64,000 nt of DNA, from the NCBI GenBank assembly GCA_032718475.1, contig JAUCBJ010007841.1:1-64000 (forward strand). The letters are read 5' to 3'. Under the pieces are notes generated by a model, which was not told the DNA's origin, searched no databases, and saw only the letters and a program-made list of their open reading frames with translations. How positions within the stretch are numbered: the stretch's first letter is position 1; each line of letters begins with the position of its first letter. A program made the position numbers and the translations under genes. This DNA is from Nemertoderma westbladi (taxonomy: Eukaryota; Animalia; Xenacoelomorpha). Below, piece by piece: positions 39,700 to 51,980 of the stretch.

Positions 39700-40029
39700 T
39701 AAAATGGTAAGCTAATCGGCGGTATATACATTAGGGTGGAGTGAACAATTTTTTTTCTTTATTTTTAAGGGAAGCACTATTTTTCTGATGCCAAATCGGT
39801 CTAAACTCACTTTGCAAAAAACAAATTTTGATTTCGAAAAATTCTAAGCGGGCCTCACGACAATGGAAAATTTCAAATTTTTGGGAAGGCAATGCCAGTT
39901 TTGAAAATTTCAGATATTTTGTATTTTTGATAAAAGTTAAGGAAGATGCAAATATATAATATCAAATAGGTTGGAAACAAACACAAAATGTGAAATTGTG
40001 ATTTTCATATAAATCTACACCAGCCTCAT

Positions 40030-41817
40030 GGCCTTTAAAATTTTGCAAAATTTGCAAAATTTCACCCAAAAAATACAGCAAACCTACTTCGTATCCTCTA
40101 TAGTTGAAACGATTTTCTGGGGTTTGGAGTTCTTCCTGAGTGAAAACCAAGTCCCCTGATTTGATCACAACTATATTTCAATACTAGATACCTAGCCAGC
40201 AGCCTGTGAGTTTGCCTTTTGATCAAATTCCCAATAAGTATATTATAAACAACAGTAGGTATAGGAAGAAGGATAATTCTAAATTAGGAAAACACTAGTG
40301 AAACAGTAAAACACTAGAAAAACATATGAAAAACACTGTAAAGCACCCGGAAAACAGTCAGACAGTGGCAATATTGATCAGCAGGAAATTTAACACATGT
40401 AACACTCTGAATTTGTAATCTTAAATGTACTCCTCTCACAGCACACCTCAAGTAATCACCATAAAACATAGGGAAACACTACAGTATCAACTCTGCAGAA
40501 AACAGTATTATTATAATATTAGTATAACATTAAATAGCATTAAATTTTACCTAGTATGCTGCTAAAAAATAAGTTGAAAGAGTCTAATACTACACAGAAA
40601 CCATTGTTGCCAGGCAACCAAGGAACAGTAACCAATCAGCATGCATTTCATCACTATCCTGTTTTACTGGTCAGCCGGTACAGGCACAGTAATGGTGGAT
40701 TCTGGTAATAGTGTATTCCAATATTCAATTATTGTTAGGGTTGGATCTTGTCATCAGCTAAATGTTGAACAGTTAAAGTGCAGATGTTGCGGTAGTTAAT
40801 ATTAAGACAGCAAGAGGGCCACATTTAGGTCCTGCCTACAGAGATACTGTAGTGAAGTGGCAAGCTAGCAGCGCGGATGCAAGATCTAGAACCCATCACA
40901 CATGATTTTCTAGTCAGTTCGGTTTTCTGGTATGAATGGTATCCTTAATAATAAATACCACAACTTCTGCACTTAAACTGCCAACATTTAGCAGATGAAT
41001 TGATCTAACACTAACAATACTGGAATACACTATGTTATACCAGAATACAGCAACACTGGTACTACTGGCTGACCAGTAAAACAAGGATAGTGCTGAACTG
41101 CATGCTGATTGATTTCTTCTTTCACCTAGTATTATTAGCAGCATATCAAGCAAACAGTTGAGGCGACCCGAAGGCTCCTCTTTCGATAGATGCTACCGAG
41201 GGTAGGGGTGGGCGCTACTATTATCCCAAGATTTGCTCCCAGTTATTTAACTGGTACTCAATGTATCGACCCCAGTGGATGAAAGGCGGCTGAGTGGACC
41301 CTGGTGGGGCTGAACCTACAATCAATCGATAGCAGGCCCGGCGCTCAGCCAATTGAGCTACCCCGCTTTCTAGCGAAATATAGGTAAAATTTTTACTGTT
41401 GTCCAGAGGGTTTATAGGGTTTTCCCTATGTTTTTCGGAGATTACTTAACGTGTGCTATGCGAGGAGTACATTTAAGATTATCAATTCAGTGTAATCGGT
41501 GTATTAAATTTCCTGTTGATCAATAATTTTAATGTTTTACGGGTGCTTTACAGTGTTTTTCATGTTTTCCGGGTGCTTTACAGTGTTTTTCATATGTTTT
41601 TCTAGTGTTTTACTAGTGTTTTCCTAATATAGAATTATCCTTCTTCCTAGACCTAGCCCTACTGTTGTTTATATTATACTTATTGGGAATTTGATCCAAA
41701 GGCAAATTCACAGCCAACTAGCTGGGTTTCTAGTATTGAAATATAGTTGTGATCACATCAGGGGACTTGCTGTATTTTTCTGGCTAAATTTGGCAAATTT
41801 TGCAAAACTTTAAGGCC
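40030..41817. mobile_element. MITE/foldback element with ~400-450-bp imperfect inverted arms
   Basis: 40030-40480 is the reverse complement of ~41416-41817 (e.g. gatcacaactatatttcaatactag / ctagtattgaaatatagttgtgatc); GGCC ends; no clear TSD. Confidence 0.75.
41152..41366 (-). mobile_element. tRNA-derived SINE
   Basis: Minus strand begins GCGGGGTAGCTCAATTGGCTGAGCG (A box)...GGTTCAGCCCC (B-box-like), followed by GCCTTTCATCC..GGGGTCGATA..TGAGTACCAG, a central motif typical of widespread metazoan SINEs. Confidence 0.75.
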
Positions 41818-42200
41818 AGTGTCCTTTAAGATGCGTCTCAAGAAAGTCATGGGCTGTCCACCATGCTTATTCACTCCATGAGGCTGCCAAAGTACAAGAT
41901 TATGCACTGGATGGTCCTCACGGCGAAAGCAATGTCCTGCAAAGCGGAGGTGATTTTGTTCTAGTGTCAAGCTTGGGGGAACCAATGAGACACCTCCAAT
42001 GTTATATAGTGTCTGGTTGGAGATGTGTGCATTGTATTTGACACAATGAACCCGGGTCTCCAATGTTATATAGTGTCTGGTTGGAGATGTGTGCATTGTA
42101 TTTGACACAATGAACCCGGCGTAGCATTCTTGTTAATGTGCCATCCAGAGATTTGGTGTCCTCAGCAGATAGAGCCCAGCATGGACTCCCATAGAGGAGT
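41812..42200 (-). pseudogene. RTE LINE fragment, inverted, with internal ~60-bp duplication
   Basis: Reverse complement matches 62990-63315; RVHCVKYNAHISNQ...LRFAGHC. Confidence 0.85.
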
Positions 42201-42296
42201 AATCATCATAATGATGATGGGGTGATGATAACTCCACCTACTGGCTCCAGAAGTCGAGGAAGTCCTGCCAAGTACCTAACTGATCTAGACATTGAT

Positions 42297-42806
42297 TGTT
42301 AGCTTATCCAATTCCGCTAACACAAACCCATAAAGTAAGCCGTTAAGCAATATTGGGGGCCACGAGGTTGATTACCCAATCTCGTGTCACCCCAATAAAA
42401 TGGGAAGGAGAAACACACAATAAGGGTCAGGGGCCACACCCCTGACCGGGAGAGAATAGCAGGAGTGAGGGAAACACTCCAAAGGGCGCCAACAGGGATA
42501 TCAGCCAATGGGAGGGAGGCACCGGCTAGGTACAGTAACAAGGCCAACCCGTGCAATATAACCAGTTAACGGTAATCAGTTATTTCAGTTATCTCATTGT
42601 GTTGGTCGGTTTAGCTAGGATAGGACCGGAACTTTAATTACCGTTGCGTAACCACTGTGCAGACATCTTATTCTATATCTATACTATTATACCGGAGGAC
42701 TTTATACAGCAATCAACAATTATCCACCTTTTACACACACACGGCGGGAACGCGACGCGTAAATCAAAAACCGGATAAACCGGGATCCTTTGTGGATCCC
42801 GTCACA
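42297..42806 (+). repeat. Bel/Pao 5' LTR
   Basis: TGTTAG...GTCACA; I see only two substitutions versus 62114-62623. Confidence 0.97.
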
Positions 42807-42817
42807 GTAATTAAAGT
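42807..42817 (+). promoter_or_regulatory. Non-canonical primer-binding site GTAATTAAAGT
   Basis: Abuts the 5' LTR, lacks TGG, exact reverse complement of LTR segment ACTTTAATTAC (42631-42641; 62448-62458). Confidence 0.6.
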
Positions 42818-42876
42818 CAATCGTCCTTAAGTAATTAAAGCCTAGAACTCCAGCCAGCTACCGATCTAAAGAGGAG

Positions 42877-44408
42877 ATGAGTGACGTTACGCCAACGCGG
42901 ACCCCGGAGGAAGACCCAACGATTCGCGAGGCCGTGACCAGACGGTATAGGCCCACGACGCCGGACCCATCGGTAACGGGTCATCCGGCACATCAGGATG
43001 AAGGGGGCCGTCTGGAGCCGGAGATCGAGCCGAGAGGAGCGGGGGCCGAGTTGAGAGAAGGAGAGGGCGAGAGGGACGGAGAAGAAGACGAGTCGACACG
43101 GAACGAGGGTCGACGTACCGATGTCGCCGGCCAGCCACAGGCCGAGGGCGACGAACGGCCCACCGAAACGGCGACGGTGGGGCCGACGGTACGACGCAGG
43201 ACCCGGAGAGATGGGGGAGATGTCGGTACCGATGTCGCCGGCCAGCTACAGGCCGAGGGCGACGGACGGCCCACCGGAACGGCGACGGTGGGGCCGCCAG
43301 TACGACGTCGGACCCGGAGAGACGGAGGAGAGGTCGGCGACGAGGACGTCGGGGTTTCTGATCGACTTCGACGGGCCTACAACGCAACCCGGAAACTACT
43401 CAAGGAGGCCAAGGAGGGGGCGAAGATAGATGAGGTACAGTTAACAACAGGACTAGGTGAGTCGGATAGACATTTTAGTTATCTAATGCGCTTCGGGCAG
43501 AGAGAACTGGCCAAGGAGAGAGTGAGAGGGGTTGCCGAGGAACTGTGTGATTTATGGCGGTGTAGGGGTATGCAACCTAGTGTAGTGTACGTTGGGCCAT
43601 ACTTAGTCGATGCCCAGGGTATAAAATCAGTGGGTTGGAGGAGACCTGAGGAGGGCGAATCCGAGGTTGACCCCGAGGATTCGATCTCGTCGGTCGGAGG
43701 AAGTTCTGGGAAGAGGGGGAAAGTTAGTAGGTCGGGAAGGCGGAGGGAATCCGTCGTAACCGATAAGTCTGCTACATCCTCCATAAAAGAAAGACGGGTG
43801 AGAGAGATAAATGCCACATACCATCTCGACCTGATAGCGCAAGGTCAGAGAGAGATAAATAGACGGTTAGAGGAGGGGAGAATGTAACTAGAGAAGGAAT
43901 TGGTACTGATTAGAGAAACCGGAGAGAGGGCCGAAAGGGCCGCGAAAAGCCTTAGAGAGTGTGAGGAAATAGAGAGGAGGGAACAAGAGGAGCGCGAGGC
44001 GAGACGGGAGAGTGAACGCAGAGAGCGTGAAGCGGAACGCAAGGAGCATGAGGCGAGAGAGGAAAATGAGCGCAAGGAACGTGAGGCGAGAGAGGAAAAT
44101 GAGCGCAAGGAACATGAGGCGAGAGAGGAAAATGAGCGCAAGGAACGTGAGACGAGGGAGGAAAGTGAGCGCAAAGAGCGTGAGGCGAGGCGAAGGGAGG
44201 GAGCTAGGAGAGAGGCGGAATTGGCCGAACGGAACGCACGGGAGGGTCGGGAGATAATGGCAAGAGAGATGCGTGAGCGAAAAGAATTGGAAAGACAGCA
44301 AGGCGAGCTTATAGAGTACAAAACTAGACGTACGCGCGAATTGGAACTGGCGCGGGTGGGGGCGTCTGAGAGCGAGGCTGACTCGAAGATTTTCGAGGAG
44401 CCAAGGGC
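42877..44408 (+). pseudogene. Bel/Pao gag N-terminal extension, part 1 (low complexity, E/R coiled coil)
   Basis: ORFs 42877..43887 and 43900.. are in one frame separated by a single TAA; cut by the Gypsy at EEPRA|. Confidence 0.8.
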
Positions 44409-44650
44409 TGTGGATATATTTATTAATACCCCACTTACAGGGACCGCACGATGTAAGGTTATATATTTTTATCATACAGTACATACATTTTTATTATGAT
44501 ATAGGGAGATGATTAGACATTCAGTTATTGCATTGTACTGACATTCAGTTATATGATACCGGATTCAGGGATTACATTATTCATACATTCAGTCATTCAT
44601 TGTTATTGAGTTTTATATATATCCATTACCCTGGAAAGGGGAAGCCCACA
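44409..44650 (+). repeat. Gypsy 5' LTR
   Basis: TGTGG...CCACA, followed by PBS. Confidence 0.8.
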
Positions 44651-44654
44651 CAAA

Positions 44655-44672
44655 TGGTGACCCAGACGAGAT
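44655..44672 (+). promoter_or_regulatory. PBS, tRNA-Trp type
   Basis: TGGTGACCCAGACGAGAT versus the tRNA-Trp PBS TGGTGACCCCGACGTGAT (2 mismatches). Confidence 0.8.
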
Positions 44673-45137
44673 GCGACAGGATGCGAGCGATGAAATGTAG
44701 AGAAACTACTGAACAATGGTCAACACAACTAAACTTGGAAAATTGCATTCGGAACCTGTAAAACGACAATTATACATTGCTGCATTGTGTATGGTAAGAC
44801 GACTGAATGCTACAGTGACGTATACCGTATAATAGCTACCCGGTATTAGGCCTACCTGCCTACTGACTCAATAAAATATCCAAACTACCGCAGTACCGGT
44901 AGGCCGTTAGAAAAAAAAAATACTCAAAAAAAAGCGAAATTTTGGTTCTAATAAGATTGTAATATTGCTGTATTGTGATATTGTAATACAGTAATAGGCC
45001 TGCTGTTGCATTATGATATATACGGACAGGGGCTGATACAACAATCTGCCTACTGCATACTGGCCTACCACCAGTTGGGAAACCTACCTTAACTGCCTAC
45101 CTACTGCTCTACAACCTGACAAAGATAAAAAAAGAAA

Positions 45138-46316
45138 ATGAATTACGATCACGTAAACAAATCAACTTTAGAAATGGCACTGGAGATTTTAAATGAAGGG
45201 GATCCAGATTACCATCCAGATAATACATCAAAGAAAACAAAAAGTGAAATAATAGAGATATTAAAAATGGAAAACCAAAATGCTGTAAAATTGGCATTAA
45301 GTCATATCCACCAAACTCAAGTTCACATTCCTCAACCTCAGTCGAATATACCGTTACACAATGTTTCATCAGCACATACTGATCCAGATACAAGTAGTAG
45401 GCCTATAAAACTGCCGATTTTCTATGAGAAGGATACCCGTGTGTGGTTTGATCAAATTGAACAAATTTTGGATAACTGTAATGAAAATGTTAAAAAGGCA
45501 AGCTTACTTTCTGCAATACCTACCAATGTATTATTTGAAAGTGGTGCATGTGTTACTGATAATTTTAACATAATCAAGGAAAGTCTAATAACCCACTTTG
45601 ATGATAGTGCAGACAGGCGACTGAAACAATTACTTAAAGAACATTATTTAGGGGACACCAAACCTTCAGTTGCCCTCCGTAAACTGCAAAGGTTAGCACC
45701 CAACAATGAAAACATTGTTAAAATAAGATTTCTAGAAATTTTACCTGAACCCATAAGGTTATCATTAGTGTCTCTAGAGGGTGTGTCATTAACTAAGTTA
45801 GCTGAAATAGCAGATAGGATGATGGAGAATATTCAACTAAGTACTCATCAAGGTGTATCAGCTGTACAGGTAGCCGCAGATAATGCAGTTACAAACCCAT
45901 GGAGAGATGATATGGTAAGACAAATAAATAAGTTAACCCAAGCTGTAGAAAGTCTTCAAACACAAAATCATCGAGGCAGGTCACCTACAAGAAGTAGGAG
46001 TAACAATTATTATGGTCAACGAAGTCCATCAAATTCTTCAATCAGAAATTATAGTAGACCACGATCAAGTTCACGTTCTTATAATCCAGCTGGAAAAGAT
46101 TGTTGGTACCACTGGAGATTTGGACAAAAGGCAACTAAGTGTGCAGGTCCAGAGTATTGTTCATGGAGAATAAATCAACCAACTTATTATCGAAGTGGTG
46201 ACTCTAATCATTCTAGAGAAGGTAGTGCAGGTATCCCACATCAATATAGTCGAGATAGTATACCTCATTCGGAAAACTCCCATTCTCCGACGGGAATGCG
46301 GAATCCGTCGGAGTAA
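45138..46316 (+). CDS. gag: Gypsy Gag
   Basis: KLP.F...D.RVWF.QIE, LGD.KPS..LRKL and CWYHWRFG..A.KC...C motifs. Confidence 0.9.
   Translation: MNYDHVNKSTLEMALEILNEGDPDYHPDNTSKKTKSEIIEILKMENQNAVKLALSHIHQTQVHIPQPQSNIPLHNVSSAHTDPDTSSRPIKLPIFYEKDTRVWFDQIEQILDNCNENVKKASLLSAIPTNVLFESGACVTDNFNIIKESLITHFDDSADRRLKQLLKEHYLGDTKPSVALRKLQRLAPNNENIVKIRFLEILPEPIRLSLVSLEGVSLTKLAEIADRMMENIQLSTHQGVSAVQVAADNAVTNPWRDDMVRQINKLTQAVESLQTQNHRGRSPTRSRSNNYYGQRSPSNSSIRNYSRPRSSSRSYNPAGKDCWYHWRFGQKATKCAGPEYCSWRINQPTYYRSGDSNHSREGSAGIPHQYSRDSIPHSENSHSPTGMRNPSE
46271..46313 (+). promoter_or_regulatory. Probable -1 ribosomal frameshift signal
   Basis: G GAA AAC followed by stem CTCCGACGG...CCGTCGGAG; the -1 frame is open through FLADSG protease into pol. 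Confidence 0.7.
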
Positions 46317-49095
46317 ATTCAATTTATGTCACCGCACACCCAATAGGTCATTTCTTAGCAGATAGTGGTACATGGTACAGTTGCTTACCATTAAGTTATG
46401 CCACTTCTGATTGTTATTCTCCTCCAGATTTTAATTTAAAGGCTGCTAATGGAACTCCAATAAAAATTATAGCTAGAAAAAACCTTTCATTTACAATTCA
46501 AGAGTTTCCAAACCAAACATTTAATTGGACTTTCTTTATAGCTGAAGTGACAGAACCATTATTGGGAAAAGATTTTATGAAACATTATAATATGCTGATT
46601 GATTGTGCAAATGATAGATTAATTCAATCGAAAGATATTATATACACTCGCCAATTTTGTACAACTCAACCTAAAACAAATTATGGTGATAACTTTTGTA
46701 TAAACCATATCAAGATTGGTAATGAGTTATATTTACCACAGGTGACTACACTAATCTCAAACTGCAAAGATGTATTTAAACCAGTAAGTGCAGAAGAAGA
46801 AGTAAAACATAATATTAAACATCACATCATAACAAGTGGTATGCCAACATATTGCAAACCAAGGCGATTATTTGGGGACAGATTGGAAGCTGCTAAAGAG
46901 ACTTTCAATAAATGGCTCCAACAGGATATATGCTTTCGCAGTGAATCACCATATGCATCACCATTACATGTTGCACCTCAACCCCATTCAAAAACAACAC
47001 CTTACCGCAGTTGCGGTGATTATAGAGAATTAAATAAACATACAGTCCCAGACAGATATCCAATGCCAAATTTGAATGACTTACCAGCTGCTTTGCATGG
47101 ATGCAATATTTTCTCTAAACTAGATTTAGCATCGGCATATATGCAAGTACCAGTTGCGGAAGAAGACCAAATTAAAACTGCAATCTCTACCCCATTTGGT
47201 CTTTTCATTTTTCGAAGAAAGCCGTATGGGTTGCGCAATGCATCGCAAACATTTCAGAGGATAATGGATGTAGCCCTTTATGGGTTGACTTTCATCTGGT
47301 GTTATGTAGATGATGTATTGGTAGGAAGTAAGACACCTAAGGAACACCTAGAACATTTGAAAATAATTTTCAATCGACTTGCAGAATATGGTCTACATTT
47401 GAGGATTGAAAAGTGTAAATTTTTCTATGATAAAGTGGAATTTTTGGGTGCAGAAATATCAAAAGATGGTATCAAACCATTGCCAGAAAAGTTAGAAGCG
47501 ATCATAAACTACCAAAAACCAGAAAGTATCAAACAATTAAAACGACTATTAGGTATGGCAGGATTTTACCATAAATTCATACCGAAATTCTCGGATATTG
47601 CATCACCCCTAACAGATCTCACCCGGAACTACAATAAGAAGTCAAAAAACAATTTTCTTATATGGACAGATGTAGCTTCAGCAGCATTTGAGAAACTCAA
47701 ATTTGCAATTTCGGAGAGTGTCACATTATCCTTTCCATGTAATAAGCCTGAATCAAAAATAGAACTTACTACAGATGCATCAAATACAGCAGCGGGTGCT
47801 GTGGTTCACCAAGTTATTAATGATGAACGTTTTCCATTAGCATTTTTTTCGGCTAAGTTTACACCGCGAGAACAAAAGAAATCAGTCTTTGACAGAGAGT
47901 TATTGGCAATATATTTATCCCTAAAACACTTCTCTTGGTTACTCGGTTCCAATATAATAATCAAAACAGATCACAAACCTCTAATACATATACTAAATAT
48001 GAAAAATCCATCCCCACAGCAGACAAGGTGGATATCATACATTTCAGAATTCACTACCTCAATCCAGCATATTTCTGGAAATTCAAACATAGTTGCAGAT
48101 ACGTTATCACGGACAACACAAACTGCAGCAATTATGGTTGACATTGATTCATCAATAGCTGATATGCAATTATCTGACCCTTCTCTAATAAGTTTTTTCG
48201 AAAAAACTACATTACCACTTCATGAATTGAAGACTGATGATAAAGTCATTATGTGTGATAATACGAAAGGACATTTAAGACCATACATCCCATATGAAAT
48301 GCGATTTAAATTATTCCAATATCATCACAATTTAGCACATTTGGGTTTCAACAAAACATACAAGCTAATTGCCGAAAGGTACATTTGGCCTAGTATGCGT
48401 AAGGATGTTCGGAAATGGTGCCGACAATGCATACGATGTCAAAAGGCTAAAGTTACACGGCACATTAAAACTGAAATTGGAAATATTGAAAACACTGATA
48501 GATTTCAGACTATTCATATTGACATTGTTGGAGAATTTATACCTTCCAATGGTTATAATTATTTAGTGACTGTTATTGATAGATATACATGTTGGCCAGT
48601 AGCCATTCCAGTAAAAAGTATTGATGCCGAAACTGTTGTAAATGCCCTTATTTCTGGATGGATCAGCATTTTTGGAGTACCACGTAACTTAATTTCAGAC
48701 CGAGGAAGTCAGTTTGAGTCAAAGGTATGGGAAGAATTAATGAGGCAGTTGGGTATTCAACGCAAGAGAACAACAACATATCACCCACAAAGTAATGGTG
48801 CTGTTGAACGAATGCATCGCACTATGAAAAATGCTTTGCGGGCACACGCTGCAGATAAAAGTTGGTCACAGGCATTACCATTGGTGTTATTGGGTTTAAG
48901 AACTTCAATTACAAAAAAAGGTTATAGCCCTTCCAAAATGGTTTTAGGTGGAGTTGTAGATCTACCTGGACAATTTATAATCCCGGATAACCAAACAAAG
49001 ACTCTCAAAGTTCCTGCATATATGGAGAAATTAATGTCTACAATAAGGTCGTTTGTAGCACCTGATCGGAAACACAATTCGACTTCAACATATGT
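46271..49095 (+). CDS. pol: Gypsy Pol (PR-RT-RNase H-IN), part 1
   Basis: FLADSG; DYRELN, YVDD; TTDAS..DRELLA..TDHKPL; HHCC; IHIDIVG, SDRGSQF, NGAVER. Confidence 0.95.
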
Positions 49096-50966
49096 GGCGG
49101 TGAAAGCGAAAAGGTACCTTAAGGTGAAAATGTCGTTTTGAGAAAATCGCACTTAAAGAAAAATTAAATTTTCAAGTCAAAATTTTCAATTTTTTTATTT
49201 TCAATGTGATATATGCAGTTTTTAATGAGGAATCCAAATCTGTTAACGGTATGTTAACAGCTAGCTTAGTTTTGGAGATAATCAGCTTTGATTGAGAGTA
49301 GTCAGAAGTTTTGAAATTTAAATCTCATTCCCGATAGATATTATGTTGTTCTATGTAGATTTACTCTTATAAATTAATTTATATGCCTTATTATTCCAAT
49401 AGAAAACTATCTTCCAGTTATTTTCAATATGTTTGCTTGTCAATCGGTCTGTCTGTCCGTCTGTTTGTCTGTTTATCTGTCAAGTGTTGTCAGTCATTTT
49501 ATAAATTTTTAGATCTTGGCTCAGAAATTATAATTTTGATGGTATAAGGGTTTTCGAGGTCGTTAAACACGATAAAACATCTTAAAAATATTTTCGGGTA
49601 ATGCAACCATCATTTTTGGTGCTATTTTGGACCCACAGAACGAAAAGTACAAGTAAAAAAATGTCAAATTAAAAAATGTTGTGTTTCGATTGATAATTCC
49701 GAATGTATGCGGGTTTTTGAGGTCGCTGATCACGATAAAAAATGTTAAAAATATTTTTGGCAATACAACCATCATTTTTGGTGCTATTTTTGACCCCAGG
49801 ACGAAAAGTACAAGTAAAAAATGTCAAATAAAAAATTGTTGTGTTTCGATTGATAATTCTGAACGTATACGGGTTTTTGAGGTTTGTTGTTCACGTGCTG
49901 CTCGAAGTCCCAGACCAGATAGCTAGCTACCTCAGTTGTTCACGTGCTGCTCGAAGTCTCAAACAAGATAACTAGATAGCTTTGTTGTTCACGTGCTGCT
50001 CGAAGTCCCAGACTAGTCTACTATAACTAGCTACCTTTATTGTTCACGTGCTGCTCGAAGTCTCAAACTAGATAACTAGCTAGCTTTGTTGTTCACGTGC
50101 TGCTCGAAGTCCCAAACTAGATAACTAGCTACCTTAGTTGTTTACGTGCTGCTCGAAGTCCCAAATTAGACAACCATAGTTACCTTAGTTGTTCATGTGC
50201 TGCTCGAAGTCTCAAACTAGATAACTAGCTAGCTTTGTTGTTCACGTGCTGCTCGAAGTCCCAAAATAGATAATCATAGCTAGCTTACTTGTTCCCGCGC
50301 TGCTTGAAGTCCCAGACTAAGCTACCTTAGTTGTTCGCATGCTGCTCGAAGTCTCAAACTAGATAATTATCTAGCTTTGTTGTTCACGTGCTGCTCGAAG
50401 TCCCATACTAGATAACTAGCTACCTTAGTTATTCACGTACTGCTCGAAGTCTCAAACTAGATAACTAGCTACCCTAGTTGTTCATGTGCTGCTCGGAGTC
50501 CCAGACTAGATAAAAACCCAGCATAGTTGTTCACGTGCTGCTCGAAGTCCCTGCCTTAGATAACCATCCAGCTTAGTTGATCACGTGCTGCTCGAAGTTC
50601 CAGGCAGCATAGTTGTTCATTAGTTTGCTAATGTATATTCCTATTACACATTTTGCCCCTCAAGCCTCAACATCACAACACAACAACAGACCCACTCCGA
50701 TTTAGCAAACTCACTTTCAAGATTATATTGTAAGTAATCCCTACTACTATTAAAATACAACAAAAATTTTAAACGCGATTTACTCATAATAGTATATTTT
50801 CCATCTGGTTGTCTTGCCAATACTTAATTTCTAATAACTCTTGATGTACTCATCCAATCAGGATGATTTATAGCTCATTAGAGAGCTGAGATGTTGGCCA
50901 ATCACATGCAATATCTAACTCAAAAACCTCATTTTCACCTTAAGGTACCTTTTCGCTTTCACTGCC
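49096..50966. mobile_element. Non-autonomous TIR element with 8-bp TSD (Merlin-like)
   Basis: 37-bp TIR GGCGGTGAAAGCGAAAAGGTACCTTAAGGTGAAAATG; TSD ACATATGT at 49088-49095 and 50967-50974; removal restores STSTYV/PKYMKD. Confidence 0.85.
49885..50620. repeat. ~46-50-bp minisatellite inside the TIR element
   Basis: ttgttcacgtgctgctcgaagtcccaaactagataactagctacc x~15; a larger tandem duplication precedes it at 49550-49882. Confidence 0.9.
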
Positions 50967-50974
50967 ACATATGT

Positions 50975-51611
50975 TCCAAAATATATGAAAGACATTTCAC
51001 ATGTGTGGATTAGAAATGATCGTAAAAAAGGAAGTCTAGTTGATCGATATACAGGCCCTTATGAAGTAATTGAACGGAATGATAAAACTGTCTCAATAAG
51101 CGTCAAAGGTATTTCAACGAAAATATCAATGGACCGGGTTAAACCTGCTTTCTTACAAATAGATGATAACAACAATTGGAATACCCATGAAAGTTCACAA
51201 AATTCGCAAACTGAAATAACTAACCAAAAGGTGATTGTACCGGGATCTCTATCGAAAACTGGGATCGGGACAAGTGAATCGAGAGAAACTCATACTTGCA
51301 AAAGACATGCTCCAAAGATTTTAAAACATAAGGTTGTTTGTGCACCTTTATCCGATAGTTATTGGCCAGCGTTAATATTACCATATGATTCAGTAATTAA
51401 TAAGAGACATTGTTTTCCTAATGAAGTTCCAGTCAATTACCTTGCCATAAATAAGTGTGGTTTTGTTACAAAGGATAAATGTGTAAAATATTCGGACTCA
51501 TATTTTAGGGATCAGCACCAAACACGTAAATTAACACATGCTACAGAATTAGCTCGAAACTTCTTGTCCCACAAACCGTCAGTTGTAAAACGCAGAGTCA
51601 AGTTTGTTTAA
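50975..51611 (+). CDS. pol: Gypsy Pol part 2: integrase GPY/F module plus PWWP-like domain
   Basis: YTGPYEVIER..K; then VVCAPLSDSYWPALI...EVPVNYL..NKCGFV.KDKCVKY...KLTHATELARNFL. Confidence 0.8.
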
Positions 51612-51980
51612 ATTATCAATGCAATTTATTCATTGAACATTTATTGATATTGAAATTAATGTATATTTTTGTTTACTATTATATAAGTGTGAAACTATTT
51701 TTCTTGAAAGATTTTAAAAAAATAAATGTTCTATATTATTTTTTCACATATTGTATGTACAAATAGTATTTGTCTGCAAGAATTATATTTACAATGTTAC
51801 TGTGAAATGAATGTATTAATTAATAATCTATAATGTTCGCAAGATCGCAACATTAATGATGGTATCTCTAAGCTTATATATATTGCTTACACATTATTTT
51901 ATGGTAATCTCCCATTTACTTATATATAAATATTTAATTTAATTGTAAAAAAAGAGTAATAGGAGAGTAATAGGGGGATT

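Larger units (their letters stand above)
44409..51979 (+). mobile_element. Ty3/Gypsy LTR retrotransposon nested in Bel/Pao gag; 3' LTR absent
   Basis: 5' LTR, tRNA-Trp-like PBS, gag, pol, PPT aggagagtaataggggga ending near 51978. Confidence 0.92.

Noticed and set aside
41812-42296. Twin-priming 5' inversion of the RTE
   Set aside because: The inverted piece duplicates sequence also present at 62990-63315 rather than complementing it, so it is a separate fragment or rearrangement.
42317-42556. 79-aa hydrophobic antisense ORF present twice (also 62134-62373)
   Set aside because: Duplicated only because it lies in the LTRs; non-ATG start and no other coding evidence.
49885-50620. CRISPR-like pattern of a constant ~24-bp core with variable linkers
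   Set aside because: Linkers are variants of one another, there are no cas genes, and the array lies inside a eukaryotic TIR element; it is a minisatellite.
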